Source: an archaeon (GTDB lineage Archaea; Iainarchaeota; Iainarchaeia; Iainarchaeales; 1-14-0-10-31-34). From it: DNA of 32,000 nucleotides. Positions 18,893-27,220 of this stretch are shown here, piece by piece; positions within the stretch are counted from its first letter, which is position 1, and every line of letters begins with the position of its first letter. The notes under the pieces are model-generated. The model was not told the origin of the DNA and did not search any database. It worked only from the letters and a program-made list of their open reading frames with translations. Position numbers and translations under genes: made by a program. The stretch is taken from positions 79,365 to 111,364 of the forward strand of contig JAJRVL010000011.1 of NCBI GenBank assembly GCA_024277355.1, given 5' to 3'.

Positions 18893-20209
18893 CTATTTTT
18901 TTATAAATTCAGTCCATTTCTTAAGTGAAGAAACTGCATTAATCATTTTAGGCATATTTTGTTTTATGAATTTGTTTTTCTCTAAATCGGTTTTGGGTTT
19001 TTGTTTTTTGTAGTTTTCATAAACTTGTTTCCCATTAAAATCAACAAAAGCAATTCTTGCACTAAAATTATTTTCTTTCAGCATCACTGAATCCCCAGTT
19101 ATTACTGCAATATGAAATGGATGAGAAAGTAAAGATTCTGCTAACTGGTTTGAAGTTTTTATTTTTTTTCTTTTTAAGTCTTTTTTTAATTCATTAAAAT
19201 CAGCAAAAAAATAAAATCCGCCTTTAGGTTTAGTTGCTTTTATTCCTTTAATTTCATTAAATTGTTCACTGAAATATTTTCCTGTCATTTCATGAATTTT
19301 TCTTGTTATTTCAAAGTATTCTTCTATTTCTTTGTTTTTTGAATAAGCAGTTATCCCTGCAAACTGAATTGGAGTTGAAACATTAGAGTAAATTGTTGCT
19401 GCAACTTTTTTGAAATCCAAACTTAATTATTTTGAACAGTTTTTTGGTAAAATACAGTGCCCTAATCTATATCCCCCTGCTGACCTGTCTTTAGATAAAC
19501 CATTTGTAACAAAAGTTCCTTCTGGATAAATTTTTCCCATTGAAACAAAATTTCTGAAGTTATAGGAAGTTAAAGCATAAATTTCATCTGCGATAACAAA
19601 AACATTGTGTTTTCTGCATATTTTAGTTATTTCTTCTAATTCTTTTTTTGAATAAAGATTTCCTGTTGGATTATGAGGATTATTCAAAACAAGAATGCGT
19701 TGATCTTTATGCAGTTTAAATAAAAATCCATCTAAATCTTTTGGCTGAATTTTATAATCAAATTCTGGTTTTAAATAAAAAGTATGAAAATGTTTTTTTA
19801 ATAATTTTATTTCAGGATAATAGCCAATCCATGAAGGCGAAGGAATAATTATATCTCCTTTAATTATTTCAAAAATCATGTGAATTAAGGTTTTTGTTCC
19901 TGGGCCAATTATTATCCTTGAAGGATTAATTTCTAATCCAAAATGCTTTTTATTGAATTCTGCAACTTTTTTTCTTAATTCAATTATTCCTTGTGCATCA
20001 GAATAATGGCTTTTATCTGAGTTTTGTCCTAAGGCTTTTGCAATTACTTCTGGGACATGAAAAGGACTTTGACCAAAAGATAAAGCAGAAAAATCAAAAT
20101 TGCATTTCATTTTAGTGCATTTTTTTCTTTGTTCTGCAATTAATATTCCTGTCCTGAGGTTTTCAGGCATTTTAATTGCATTAATTTCTTTTTCAACTAA
20201 AATTTTCAT
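18893..20209 (-). CDS. class I/II PLP-dependent aminotransferase, interrupted by one in-frame TAA at 19427-19429
   Basis: N part: LVLNNPHNPTGNLYSKKELEEI...VIADEIYALTSY...VTNGLSKDRSAGGYRLG. After TAA same frame: LSLDFKKVAATIYSNVSTPIQFAGITAYS...KPKGGFYFFADF...SFHIAVITGDS-like region...ARIAFVDFNG. Confidence 0.9.
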
Positions 20210-20269
20210 TTAATTTCCCTATCTATTAAATGGGTTATTATTTTATAATTTAGATACTTATTATTAATT

Positions 20270-21508
20270 ATGCTTTCGGATTATTTTAAACAGTTTTTAA
20301 GAGAAGATAAATCTGAAAAACAAATGAAATTAATTCAAAAAATGGCTGAAACAAGAAAAAGTGTTTCTGAAGCAATGGGTTCTCATAGAGAGTAATTAAA
20401 ATTTGACGGTTTAAGTTTTGTTCCTGCACAGCTTTCTGTTTTTCCTTTATTAAAAAAAGAAAAAGTAAACACTAAAGTGAAAATTGGAACTGTCTGCAAA
20501 AAACCTTTTGAGATTTCCACGCCTATAATGATTTCCCATATGAGTTTTGGAGCTTTAGCAAAAGAAATTAAAATAGCATTAGCTAAAGCTTCTGCGATGT
20601 CTGGAACTCTTTCTGCCAGCGGAGAAGGCGGAATGTTAAATGAAGAAAGAAAACAAGCTGATAAATATATTATTGAATTTGCTTCAGGAAGATTTGGTGT
20701 TTCAGAAAAAAGACTTGCTTTAGCTGATGGAATTGAAATAAAAATTGGCCAGGCGGCAAAAGCAGGAATGGGCGGGCATTTGCCTGCAAAAAAAGTAACA
20801 AAAGAAATAGCTAAAGTAAGAGAAATAAAAGAAGGAACTGACGCAGTAAGCCCTGCAAGACATTTAGATATTAAAACAAAACAGGGTTTAAAAGAAAAAG
20901 TCAACTGGCTTAGAAGCATTAATAAAGGCCCAATTGGAATTAAGATTGCTTCAGGGAATATAGAAAAAGATTTAGAGTTTGCTTTGTTTGCTGAACCTGA
21001 TTTTGTTACTTTTGATGGGGTTTCCGGCGCTACTGGTTCTGCACAAAAATTAATCAAAGACAATGTTGGAATACCTTCTATTGCTGCATTAAGCCGTGCA
21101 CAAAATTTTTTAGAAGAAACAGGACAAAAAAATAAAGTTCAGTTGTTTATCACTGGCGGATTAAGAACCAGTGCAGATTTTACTAAAGCATTAGCTTTAG
21201 GAGCAGATGCGGTTTATATTGCTACGGCTGCTTTAATGGCTTTAGGGTGCCAGCAATACAGGATTTGTGAAACAGGAAACTGCCCTATGGCGATTACAAC
21301 CCAAAATGAATTTATAAGAAAAAAAATTGATATTGAAAAACGAGCTTTAGGTGTTTCAAATTTTATTAATACAAGCACTAAAGAAATAGAAGATTTCTGC
21401 AGGTTAATGGGATTAAATGACATTAAAAAACTTTCAAAAGAAAATTTACGATCAATGGATGAATTAACTGCTAAAACCACTAAAACCAAAATGTTTTATG
21501 AAAAATGA
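20270..21508 (+). CDS. glutamate synthase large-subunit-type FMN-binding domain protein, interrupted by one in-frame TAA at 20393-20395
   Basis: Manual translation from ATG 20270: MLSDYFKQFLREDKSEKQMKLIQKMAETRKSVSEAMGSHRE*LKFDGLSFVPAQLSVFPLLKKEKVNTKVKIGTVCKKPFEISTPIMISHMSFGALAKEIKIALAKASAMSGTLSASGEGGM...VSPARHLDI...KIASGNIEKDLEFALFAEPDFVTFDGVSGATGS: GltB domain 2. Confidence 0.88.
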
Positions 21509-21575
21509 ATACTGAAAAAAACACAACAGGGTTAAATAAAAGTTATACAACAATATTAACTGAATTCAGGAGGTT

Positions 21576-21845
21576 TTGTTTATGGAAGAAATGAATCCGG
21601 AACAAATGGAAGAAAAAAAACAAATGGTTTTGCAGATGTGTATTTGTAAAAACTGTCCTAGTTTTGTTGATTGCAGCGGAGAAAGCATAGGATATTGTTT
21701 TCCTTCAATAGGAAAAAGTAAATGTATTGCAGAAGAAAAAGGCTGTATTTGCGGCGGCTGTCCAATAACAGAAAAAATGGGATTAAAAAACACGTATTTT
21801 TGTACTAAAGGAAGCGAAAAAGAACAAATGAAAAAAGACATGTAA
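21576..21845 (+). CDS. cysteine-rich DUF2769-type protein
   Basis: MCICKNCPSFVDCSGESIGYCFPSIGKSKCIAEEKGCICGGCPITEKMGLKNTYFCTKG: conserved Cys pattern. Confidence 0.8.
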   Translation: MFMEEMNPEQMEEKKQMVLQMCICKNCPSFVDCSGESIGYCFPSIGKSKCIAEEKGCICGGCPITEKMGLKNTYFCTKGSEKEQMKKDM

Positions 21846-21929
21846 AAAGCTGATTGTTTTTTGAATAAATTTATATTCAAAAGACAAAATACAGAAATCA
21901 TTAAATATAAAAAAAAGCAATAACTAATT

Positions 21930-22298
21930 ATGCCCCCAAAAAAACCAATTAAACCTAAAAAATTAACTAAACCAAAAAAACGTGCGTTTATGGTTTCAGA
22001 AAAAAAATACTCTGAAATGGATAAATCAAACACAGGCCGAGCAAGAAGATTTAAATCAGCTCCAGGCGTTGTTTTTTTACCTGAAAAAAGGAAAGAGCAG
22101 ATTGGGAAAGTTCGCGGAAACGTTTTTTATGTGAAAAAAAAAGACCGGGGCAGAATAAATGATTTACCAGGGATTGCAATACAGCGCAGGTTTCCTAATA
22201 AACAAAATGTAATAGGTTTTTATAACAGAAGAAAAAGTGCTAAAGAAGAACAGGCTAAATTATCTGCCGAACTTAAGAAAAAACAAAAAAAGAAATAA
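21930..22298 (+). CDS. highly basic orphan protein
   Basis: 122 aa MPPKKPIKPKKLTKPKKRAF...EEQAKLSAELKKKQKKK. Confidence 0.6.
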   Translation: MPPKKPIKPKKLTKPKKRAFMVSEKKYSEMDKSNTGRARRFKSAPGVVFLPEKRKEQIGKVRGNVFYVKKKDRGRINDLPGIAIQRRFPNKQNVIGFYNRRKSAKEEQAKLSAELKKKQKKK

Positions 22299-22358
22299 CT
22301 GTTATTTAGTTTCATTCAACATATAAAGTTTAAATAGTTGGCTGAAGATATTCTTTTT

Positions 22359-22844
22359 ATGGTAAAAAAATTAAGGGTCGGTTGGTTTTCTTTTACTTGT
22401 GGAGAAGATTCAACAATAGTTTTTTCTGAACTGCTTAATGATCATTATTTTGACTGGATTAAATTAATTGACTTTAAATACATTAAAATTCTGAAATCAA
22501 AAAATGTATTGGATAAATTAGATGTTGCTTTTGTTGAAGGTGCTATTTCAAATGACAAAGACGAAAAATTCCTTAAAGATATAAGAAAAAAATCAAAGAA
22601 AGTTGTTGCAATTGGTTCCTGCGCCTGTAATGGAATGCCTTCAGCTCAAAGAAATGATTTTGATAAAAAAACAGTAAATGAAATTAATTTTTTGCTTAAA
22701 AAATTCAGGCATAAAAAGAAGGTGCTTCCATTAAATAAAATAATCAAAGTTGATGAGTTAGTTAATGGGTGTCCAATGCAGGAAAAAGTTTTCCTTAAAG
22801 TATTAAATGATTTATTAATTGAATTTGGTGTAATTAATGCATAA
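22359..22844 (+). CDS. [NiFe]-hydrogenase small (delta) subunit / NuoB-like family
   Basis: RVGWFSFTCGEDSTIVFSELLND...DVAFVEGAISNDKDEKFLKDIRKKSKKVVAIGSCACNGMPSAQRNDF...VNGCPMQEKVFLKVLNDLL; TTTAAATA ~25 nt upstream of ATG 22359. Confidence 0.85.
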   Translation: MVKKLRVGWFSFTCGEDSTIVFSELLNDHYFDWIKLIDFKYIKILKSKNVLDKLDVAFVEGAISNDKDEKFLKDIRKKSKKVVAIGSCACNGMPSAQRNDFDKKTVNEINFLLKKFRHKKKVLPLNKIIKVDELVNGCPMQEKVFLKVLNDLLIEFGVINA

Positions 22845-24114
22845 AATCGAGGATATTACAATTGATAGTTTAACTAAAGTTGAAGGGCATTCAGAGGTTA
22901 AAGTAAAAGTTAAAGATAAAAAAGTTCAGGACGTTCAGTTCAATATAATTGAAAATAAAAGATTTTATACTCAGGCAATAAGAGGTAAAAATTTCAGAAT
23001 GATAACTCAGTTAGTTCCAAGAATTTGCGGGACCTGCAGTATTGCTCATTTAATGGCTTGTATTGAAGCAGTAGAAAAAACATTAGATGTAAAAGTATCA
23101 AATCAAACAAAAATTTTAAGGCGGCTTCTTGTTAATGGTTTAATGATCAGAGATCATGCATTGCATTTGTATTTGTTTACTTTGCCTGATGTTTTTGGAG
23201 TGGATTCTGTTTTAGAGTTTGATGAAACAAAACACGAATTACTGCATGATGCATTTAAAGTTAAAGCAGTAGGAAACAAACTTGATACTATTATTGGAGG
23301 AAGAGCAGTTCATGCAACTTTTCCTGCTGTAGGAGGATTTACTCATTTTCCTTCCTTTGAAGAAATCAAAGAAGTAATTAAATTATTAAAAAACTCAAGA
23401 CCTGCAGTATTAAGATTAATTTAAATTTACTTTAATTGTCCTCTTTCACTGGAAAGAGAAACAAATTTTGTTGGATTAGTTGAAAAAAATTATGGTTTTC
23501 TTGAAGGAAAAATAATGGATTCAGAAGGCAGTTGTTTTGAAGAACATGAATATTTAGAACATCTTGAAAAAACTGAATTTGATCGTTCTGAGGCAATAGG
23601 CTATAAATTTGAAGGAAAAGATTATATGGTTGGTGCTTTAGCAAGAATGAATTTAAATAAAAATGCTTTAAACAAAAAAACACGAAAAGACTTAAAAAAA
23701 TATTTGAAAGTGTTTCCTTCAAAAAATATTTTCCATAATAATCTTGCTCAAGCAATCGAAATACTGCATTGTATTGATGATTCAATCGAAATACTTGAAA
23801 ACAATAAATTCAAAAAAGAGCATTTAGCTGAAGTAAAAGTAAAAGCCGCAACAGGAATAGGAGTAATTGAAGCGCCAAGAGGAACACTTTATTACAGGTT
23901 AAATATTCAAAAAGATGGGAAAATAAAAGACGGAAACATTATTGTTCCAACATCACAAAATCAAGTTAACATAAATGACGATATAAAAAAATTAGTTGAA
24001 GACAACATAAACAAACCAAAAAAAGAAATTGCTTATGAAATAGAAAAATTAATCAGAGCTTATGATCCGTGTTTAAGTTGTGCTGCCCATTTTATTAAAT
24101 TAAAGTTTGAATAA
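22837..24114 (+). CDS. [NiFe]-hydrogenase large (alpha) subunit, interrupted by one in-frame TAA at 23422-23424
   Basis: N-terminal RICGTCSIAHLMAC (L1) and C-terminal RAYDPCLSCAAHFIKLKFE (L2 plus cleavable tail) lie in one frame across the TAA (...SRPAVLRLI*IYFNCPLSLERETNFVGLVEKNYGFLEGKIM...). Overlaps the small subunit by 8 nt. Confidence 0.93.
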
Positions 24115-24469
24115 TTTCCTTTACTCCTTTAAATGCTTTTTCTTCAGTTAAATCTGAAGGAATTCCAATTATTTCAAATTCGTTTATTTTGCCTATTTTT
24201 TTTAATAATTTCAAAGTTAACCCTAAATCAAAGCCGTGCACTGAACAGATTTTTCTGGTTTCAATTTTATTTAAATTATTAATTAAAGAAACTTTTTTTA
24301 TTCCTAAAACTGAATCCAAAAAAACAAGTTTTTTTTCTGGAAATTCTTCAGTTGGATCAAATTCCTTAAAATTTATTTCTGGGAAATTTTTTGCGAGTTT
24401 TCCTTTAATTTTTAAGGGAAGAGAATCTTCTTTTAATAATTCATTTCCTAAAACAAAAATTGTTTTCAT
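24095..24469 (-). CDS. hydrogenase maturation protease (HyaD/HycI family)
   Basis: MKTIFVLGNELLKEDSLPLKIKGKL...LVFLDSVLGI...HGFDLGLTLKLLKKIGKINEFEIIGIPSDL: HycI-like order of motifs, adjacent to hydrogenase genes. Confidence 0.82.
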   Translation of the reverse strand: MKTIFVLGNELLKEDSLPLKIKGKLAKNFPEINFKEFDPTEEFPEKKLVFLDSVLGIKKVSLINNLNKIETRKICSVHGFDLGLTLKLLKKIGKINEFEIIGIPSDLTEEKAFKGVKEIIQTLI

Positions 24470-24843
24470 TCTTCCACTTTATTTAATTTTATAAATTGTT
24501 TTTCAACTGTTTTTCTATTTACAAAGGGTTTATGGTGTCTAAAACCCCCTCCAAAATTATGAGGAATATGCATTAATTCATGAATTAATGTTTTAGTTTG
24601 TTCTTCTTCCGGCTGCCTGAAAAAAAGTTCCATTAATTCAATTACATAAAATGGTTTTTCCTGCATTCCAATCTGAACTGCTTTGCCAATTGTGTGGATT
24701 CTTGCAATTGTTCTTTTTGTTTTAGTGCCTTTAGAAATAATGCATGAAATTCTTTCAGATGGAATGTGATTAAATTCTAATCTATTAGCTAACTTTCTTG
24801 CTTTTTTTGTAAAGGTTTCAGAGAATTCATACTGCATAAACAA
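24466..24843 (-). CDS. putative metallopeptidase (HExxH)
   Basis: TLIHELMHIPHNFGGGFRHHKPFVNRKTV with HELMH zinc-binding motif. Confidence 0.85.
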   Translation of the reverse strand: MFMQYEFSETFTKKARKLANRLEFNHIPSERISCIISKGTKTKRTIARIHTIGKAVQIGMQEKPFYVIELMELFFRQPEEEQTKTLIHELMHIPHNFGGGFRHHKPFVNRKTVEKQFIKLNKVEE

Positions 24844-24851
24844 ACCACAAG

Positions 24852-24860
24852 TTATGTATA
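24852..24860 (-). promoter_or_regulatory. TTATGTATA-family motif upstream of the minus-strand metallopeptidase gene
   Basis: On the minus strand TTATACATAAC sits 9-17 nt before ATG 24843 and 15-23 nt before an in-frame ATG 24837. Confidence 0.4.
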
Positions 24861-24863
24861 AGA

Positions 24864-25178
24864 CTATTTTAGTTTTACTGCTGTTCCATAAACAAGAATT
24901 TCTGCCGCAGAAGCCATTACTTGTGAAGTTGTAAATCTTACATTGATTACAGCATCTGCACCTAGTTTTTCTGCTTCCCTCTGCAACCTTATAACTGCTT
25001 CTTCTCTGGCTTCAGTTAATAATTCAGTATATTCTTTTAGTTCTCCGCCGACAATTTGTCTTAATCCAGATAAAATATCTTTTCCAAACCATTTTGCTCT
25101 GATAGTGTTTCCTCTAACTAATCCAAGTGTTTGTTTTATTTCTTTTCCTGCTACAAAATCTGTTGAAACAATAATCAT
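24864..25178 (-). CDS. YbjQ/UPF0145 family protein
   Basis: MIIVSTDFVAGKEIKQTLGLVRGNTIRAKWFGKDILSGLRQIVGGELKEYTELLTEAREEAVIRLQREAEKLGADAVINVRF: strong family signature. Confidence 0.95.
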   Translation of the reverse strand: MIIVSTDFVAGKEIKQTLGLVRGNTIRAKWFGKDILSGLRQIVGGELKEYTELLTEAREEAVIRLQREAEKLGADAVINVRFTTSQVMASAAEILVYGTAVKLK

Positions 25179-25193
25179 TTTTTCACTCTTTTT

Positions 25194-25556
25194 TTATTTA
25201 AATTCTATTACATCTGCTTTTATAATAAGGCTTTCCGAGGCTTTTGCGTTCAAAAGAATTCCTCCAGAAGAATTTGAATCAGTTCTTGCTAAACCAACAA
25301 CTAATTCTCCTTTATAACCCATATTTCCTTTTTAAAGCAGTACGCCGTGTAAAGAGGTTACTTTGAATTCGTCTTCCACAAATTTTTTCCGGAAGATGCC
25401 TCCCCCAAAAACACTTAATTCAACTTCTTTTATTTTTCCTTCAACACTTCTTATTGACGCTCTTTGAACTTTGTTTTCAGAAAACGCCTGCTTTAATCCT
25501 GACATTATATCTTCGCCGTCTTCAAATTCCATTGTAATCGTTTTTTTTCCTTCCAT
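25194..25556 (-). CDS. PPC/DUF296-domain protein, interrupted by one in-frame TAA at 25332-25334
   Basis: MEGKKTITMEFEDGEDIMSGLKQAFSENKVQRASIRSVEGKIKEVELSVFGGG...EFKVTSLHGVLL*KGNMGYKGELVVGLARTDSNSSGGILLNAKASESLIIKADVIEFK*: domain continues in the same frame after TAA. Confidence 0.78.
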
Positions 25557-25686
25557 AAAAACAACCCCTGCTCTATTTTTATTTGTACTTAATACAATAA
25601 ACCTAAATAAAACTAAATAAAAATAAATTGCTTTAATCCCAACAAAACATGAAAATTTATTAACAAAAACAAACATATTTTATGTT

Positions 25687-26544
25687 ATGTGTGAAGAAAA
25701 AAAATTAAATGAAGAACAAAAACAATTTGTTGAGAGATTAAGAGAAGAGTTGATTATTGGTGGTTATTCTGAAAGAACAACAAAAATGTATCTCCATTAT
25801 TTAAATGATTTTTTTAAGGAAACCGAAAAAACTGTTAAAGAAATATTAAGAGAAGATATTGTAAAATATTTGGCTGCAAAAAGAGAAAAAAGTCATCTGA
25901 CAAATGCTTCACTAGCATTAATTCATGCGTCTTTAAAATTCTTTTTTGACGGAATTCTGAAAAACAAAGTAATGGATGAAATAAAAATTCCAAAAAAAGA
26001 AAAAAAACTGCCTACGATTTTAACTCCGAGAGAAATCAAAATATTAATTAAAACTGCAAAAGCTGGAAGAGACCGAACCATAATCGAATTTCTTTATTCA
26101 ACTGGAATAAGAGTAAGTGAGTGTGCAAATATGAAAATATCAAGTTTAGAATTAAATGAAGGGGTTGCAAGAGTAAAAGGAGGAAAAGGAAAAAAAGATA
26201 GAATAATAATTTTATCAAAAAAATGGATTCATAACTTGAAAAAATACTTGAAAAGAAAAAAAATAACATCTGAGTTTGTTTTCTCTAAAAAAAATGGAAA
26301 ACCAATCACAGGAGACACTATAGAAAGAATGGTAAAAAAATATGCAGAGAAAGCAGGAATCCAGAAAACTGTTACCCCACATGTTTTAAGACATTCTTTT
26401 GCAACTCATTTACTTGAAGGTGGTGAAAACATTAGAAAAATCCAGGAATTATTAGGGCATAGCAATTTGGCTACAACTCAAATTTATACTTTTGTTTCAA
26501 CTGAAGAACTCAAAAAAGTTCAAAGCCCTTTAGATAAGCTTTAG
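25687..26544 (+). CDS. xerA: XerA/XerC-type site-specific tyrosine recombinase
   Basis: FLYSTGIRVSECANMKISSLE...VTPHVLRHSFATHLLEGGENIRKIQELLGHSNLATTQIYTFVS: catalytic R..HxxR..H/Y. Confidence 0.95.
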   Translation: MCEEKKLNEEQKQFVERLREELIIGGYSERTTKMYLHYLNDFFKETEKTVKEILREDIVKYLAAKREKSHLTNASLALIHASLKFFFDGILKNKVMDEIKIPKKEKKLPTILTPREIKILIKTAKAGRDRTIIEFLYSTGIRVSECANMKISSLELNEGVARVKGGKGKKDRIIILSKKWIHNLKKYLKRKKITSEFVFSKKNGKPITGDTIERMVKKYAEKAGIQKTVTPHVLRHSFATHLLEGGENIRKIQELLGHSNLATTQIYTFVSTEELKKVQSPLDKL

Positions 26545-26791
26545 ACCCTCTAGTTCCAGTAATAAACATAAAATTGCACAAAACACTCAAAAAACCATTA
26601 AATTTTATGTATACTTGGTTAAATTTATCTGCCATTACAAAAGCAAACACACAACCCAAACCAGCAATTATGTATAATTTCGTTTTTTCGTTTAGTTTCT
26701 ATAAAAAAACTCCAAATCAGGGGGGTTTTTTTGTTTGCTGAACAAAAAGTTTATATATATAAAAGAAGTTATTATTTAATCAATTTTAGAG

Positions 26792-27112
26792 GTGTTTTCA
26801 GTGACAGTAAGATTATCAAAATTATTTGGAATGGATATTTACACTGATAGTGCAGAATATAAAGGAAAAGTTTTTGATTTAGTTATTAACTTAGAAAAAG
26901 GAAGAATTGAGACTATAACTACTGAACCATTAAAAGTTAAATCAAAACAAGAAGCAAAAAAAATAATTAAAGAAAAAAGCGTCCCTTATAAAAACATAAA
27001 ATCTGCAAAAGATATTCTAATAGTTAAAACTGGAAGAGTAGCTGATGTTGAAGAAAACGAAGAACCAAAGTCTCAAAAATCATATTACTCATCTTTTATT
27101 AGAAGACGCTAA
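26792..27112 (+). CDS. PRC-barrel domain protein
   Basis: VRLSKLFGMDIYTDSAEYKGKVFDLVINLEKGRIETITTEPLK...VPYKNIKSAKDILIV: archaeal PRC-barrel. Confidence 0.88.
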   Translation: MFSVTVRLSKLFGMDIYTDSAEYKGKVFDLVINLEKGRIETITTEPLKVKSKQEAKKIIKEKSVPYKNIKSAKDILIVKTGRVADVEENEEPKSQKSYYSSFIRRR

Positions 27113-27220
27113 TTCTATTTTTTTATTCTTTTTTTAGCAAACATTTATATTTAGTTATAACATATATATATACATAAAAAAGGTTATAATAATATAATAA
27201 AGCATTAGTGGAACTGAGGG

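Noticed and set aside
20383-22033. 226-aa, 91-aa and 155-aa minus-strand ORFs over the gltB-like, DUF2769 and basic-protein genes
   Set aside because: Shadow ORFs opposite recognised genes. The 226-aa one also covers the in-frame TAA of the gltB-like gene and could mislead annotation.
23422-23424. Pyrrolysine-type readthrough
   Set aside because: Pyrrolysine uses UAG; all interrupted genes here have TAA or TGA.
23432-23785. 117-aa minus-strand ORF in the hydrogenase large-subunit gene
   Set aside because: Low-complexity antisense ORF overlapping conserved hydrogenase sequence.
1534-25556. Explanation of in-frame stops by global genetic-code reassignment
   Set aside because: TAA, TGA and TAG all appear as normal terminal codons here (TAG after the Lrp gene; TGA after ispD; TAA after dxs), so a simple reassignment does not fit.
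25687-26544. Integrase of a mobile element or provirus
   Set aside because: The protein matches the chromosomal XerA/C resolution type, and neighbouring genes are housekeeping or hypothetical with no att repeats or phage genes seen.
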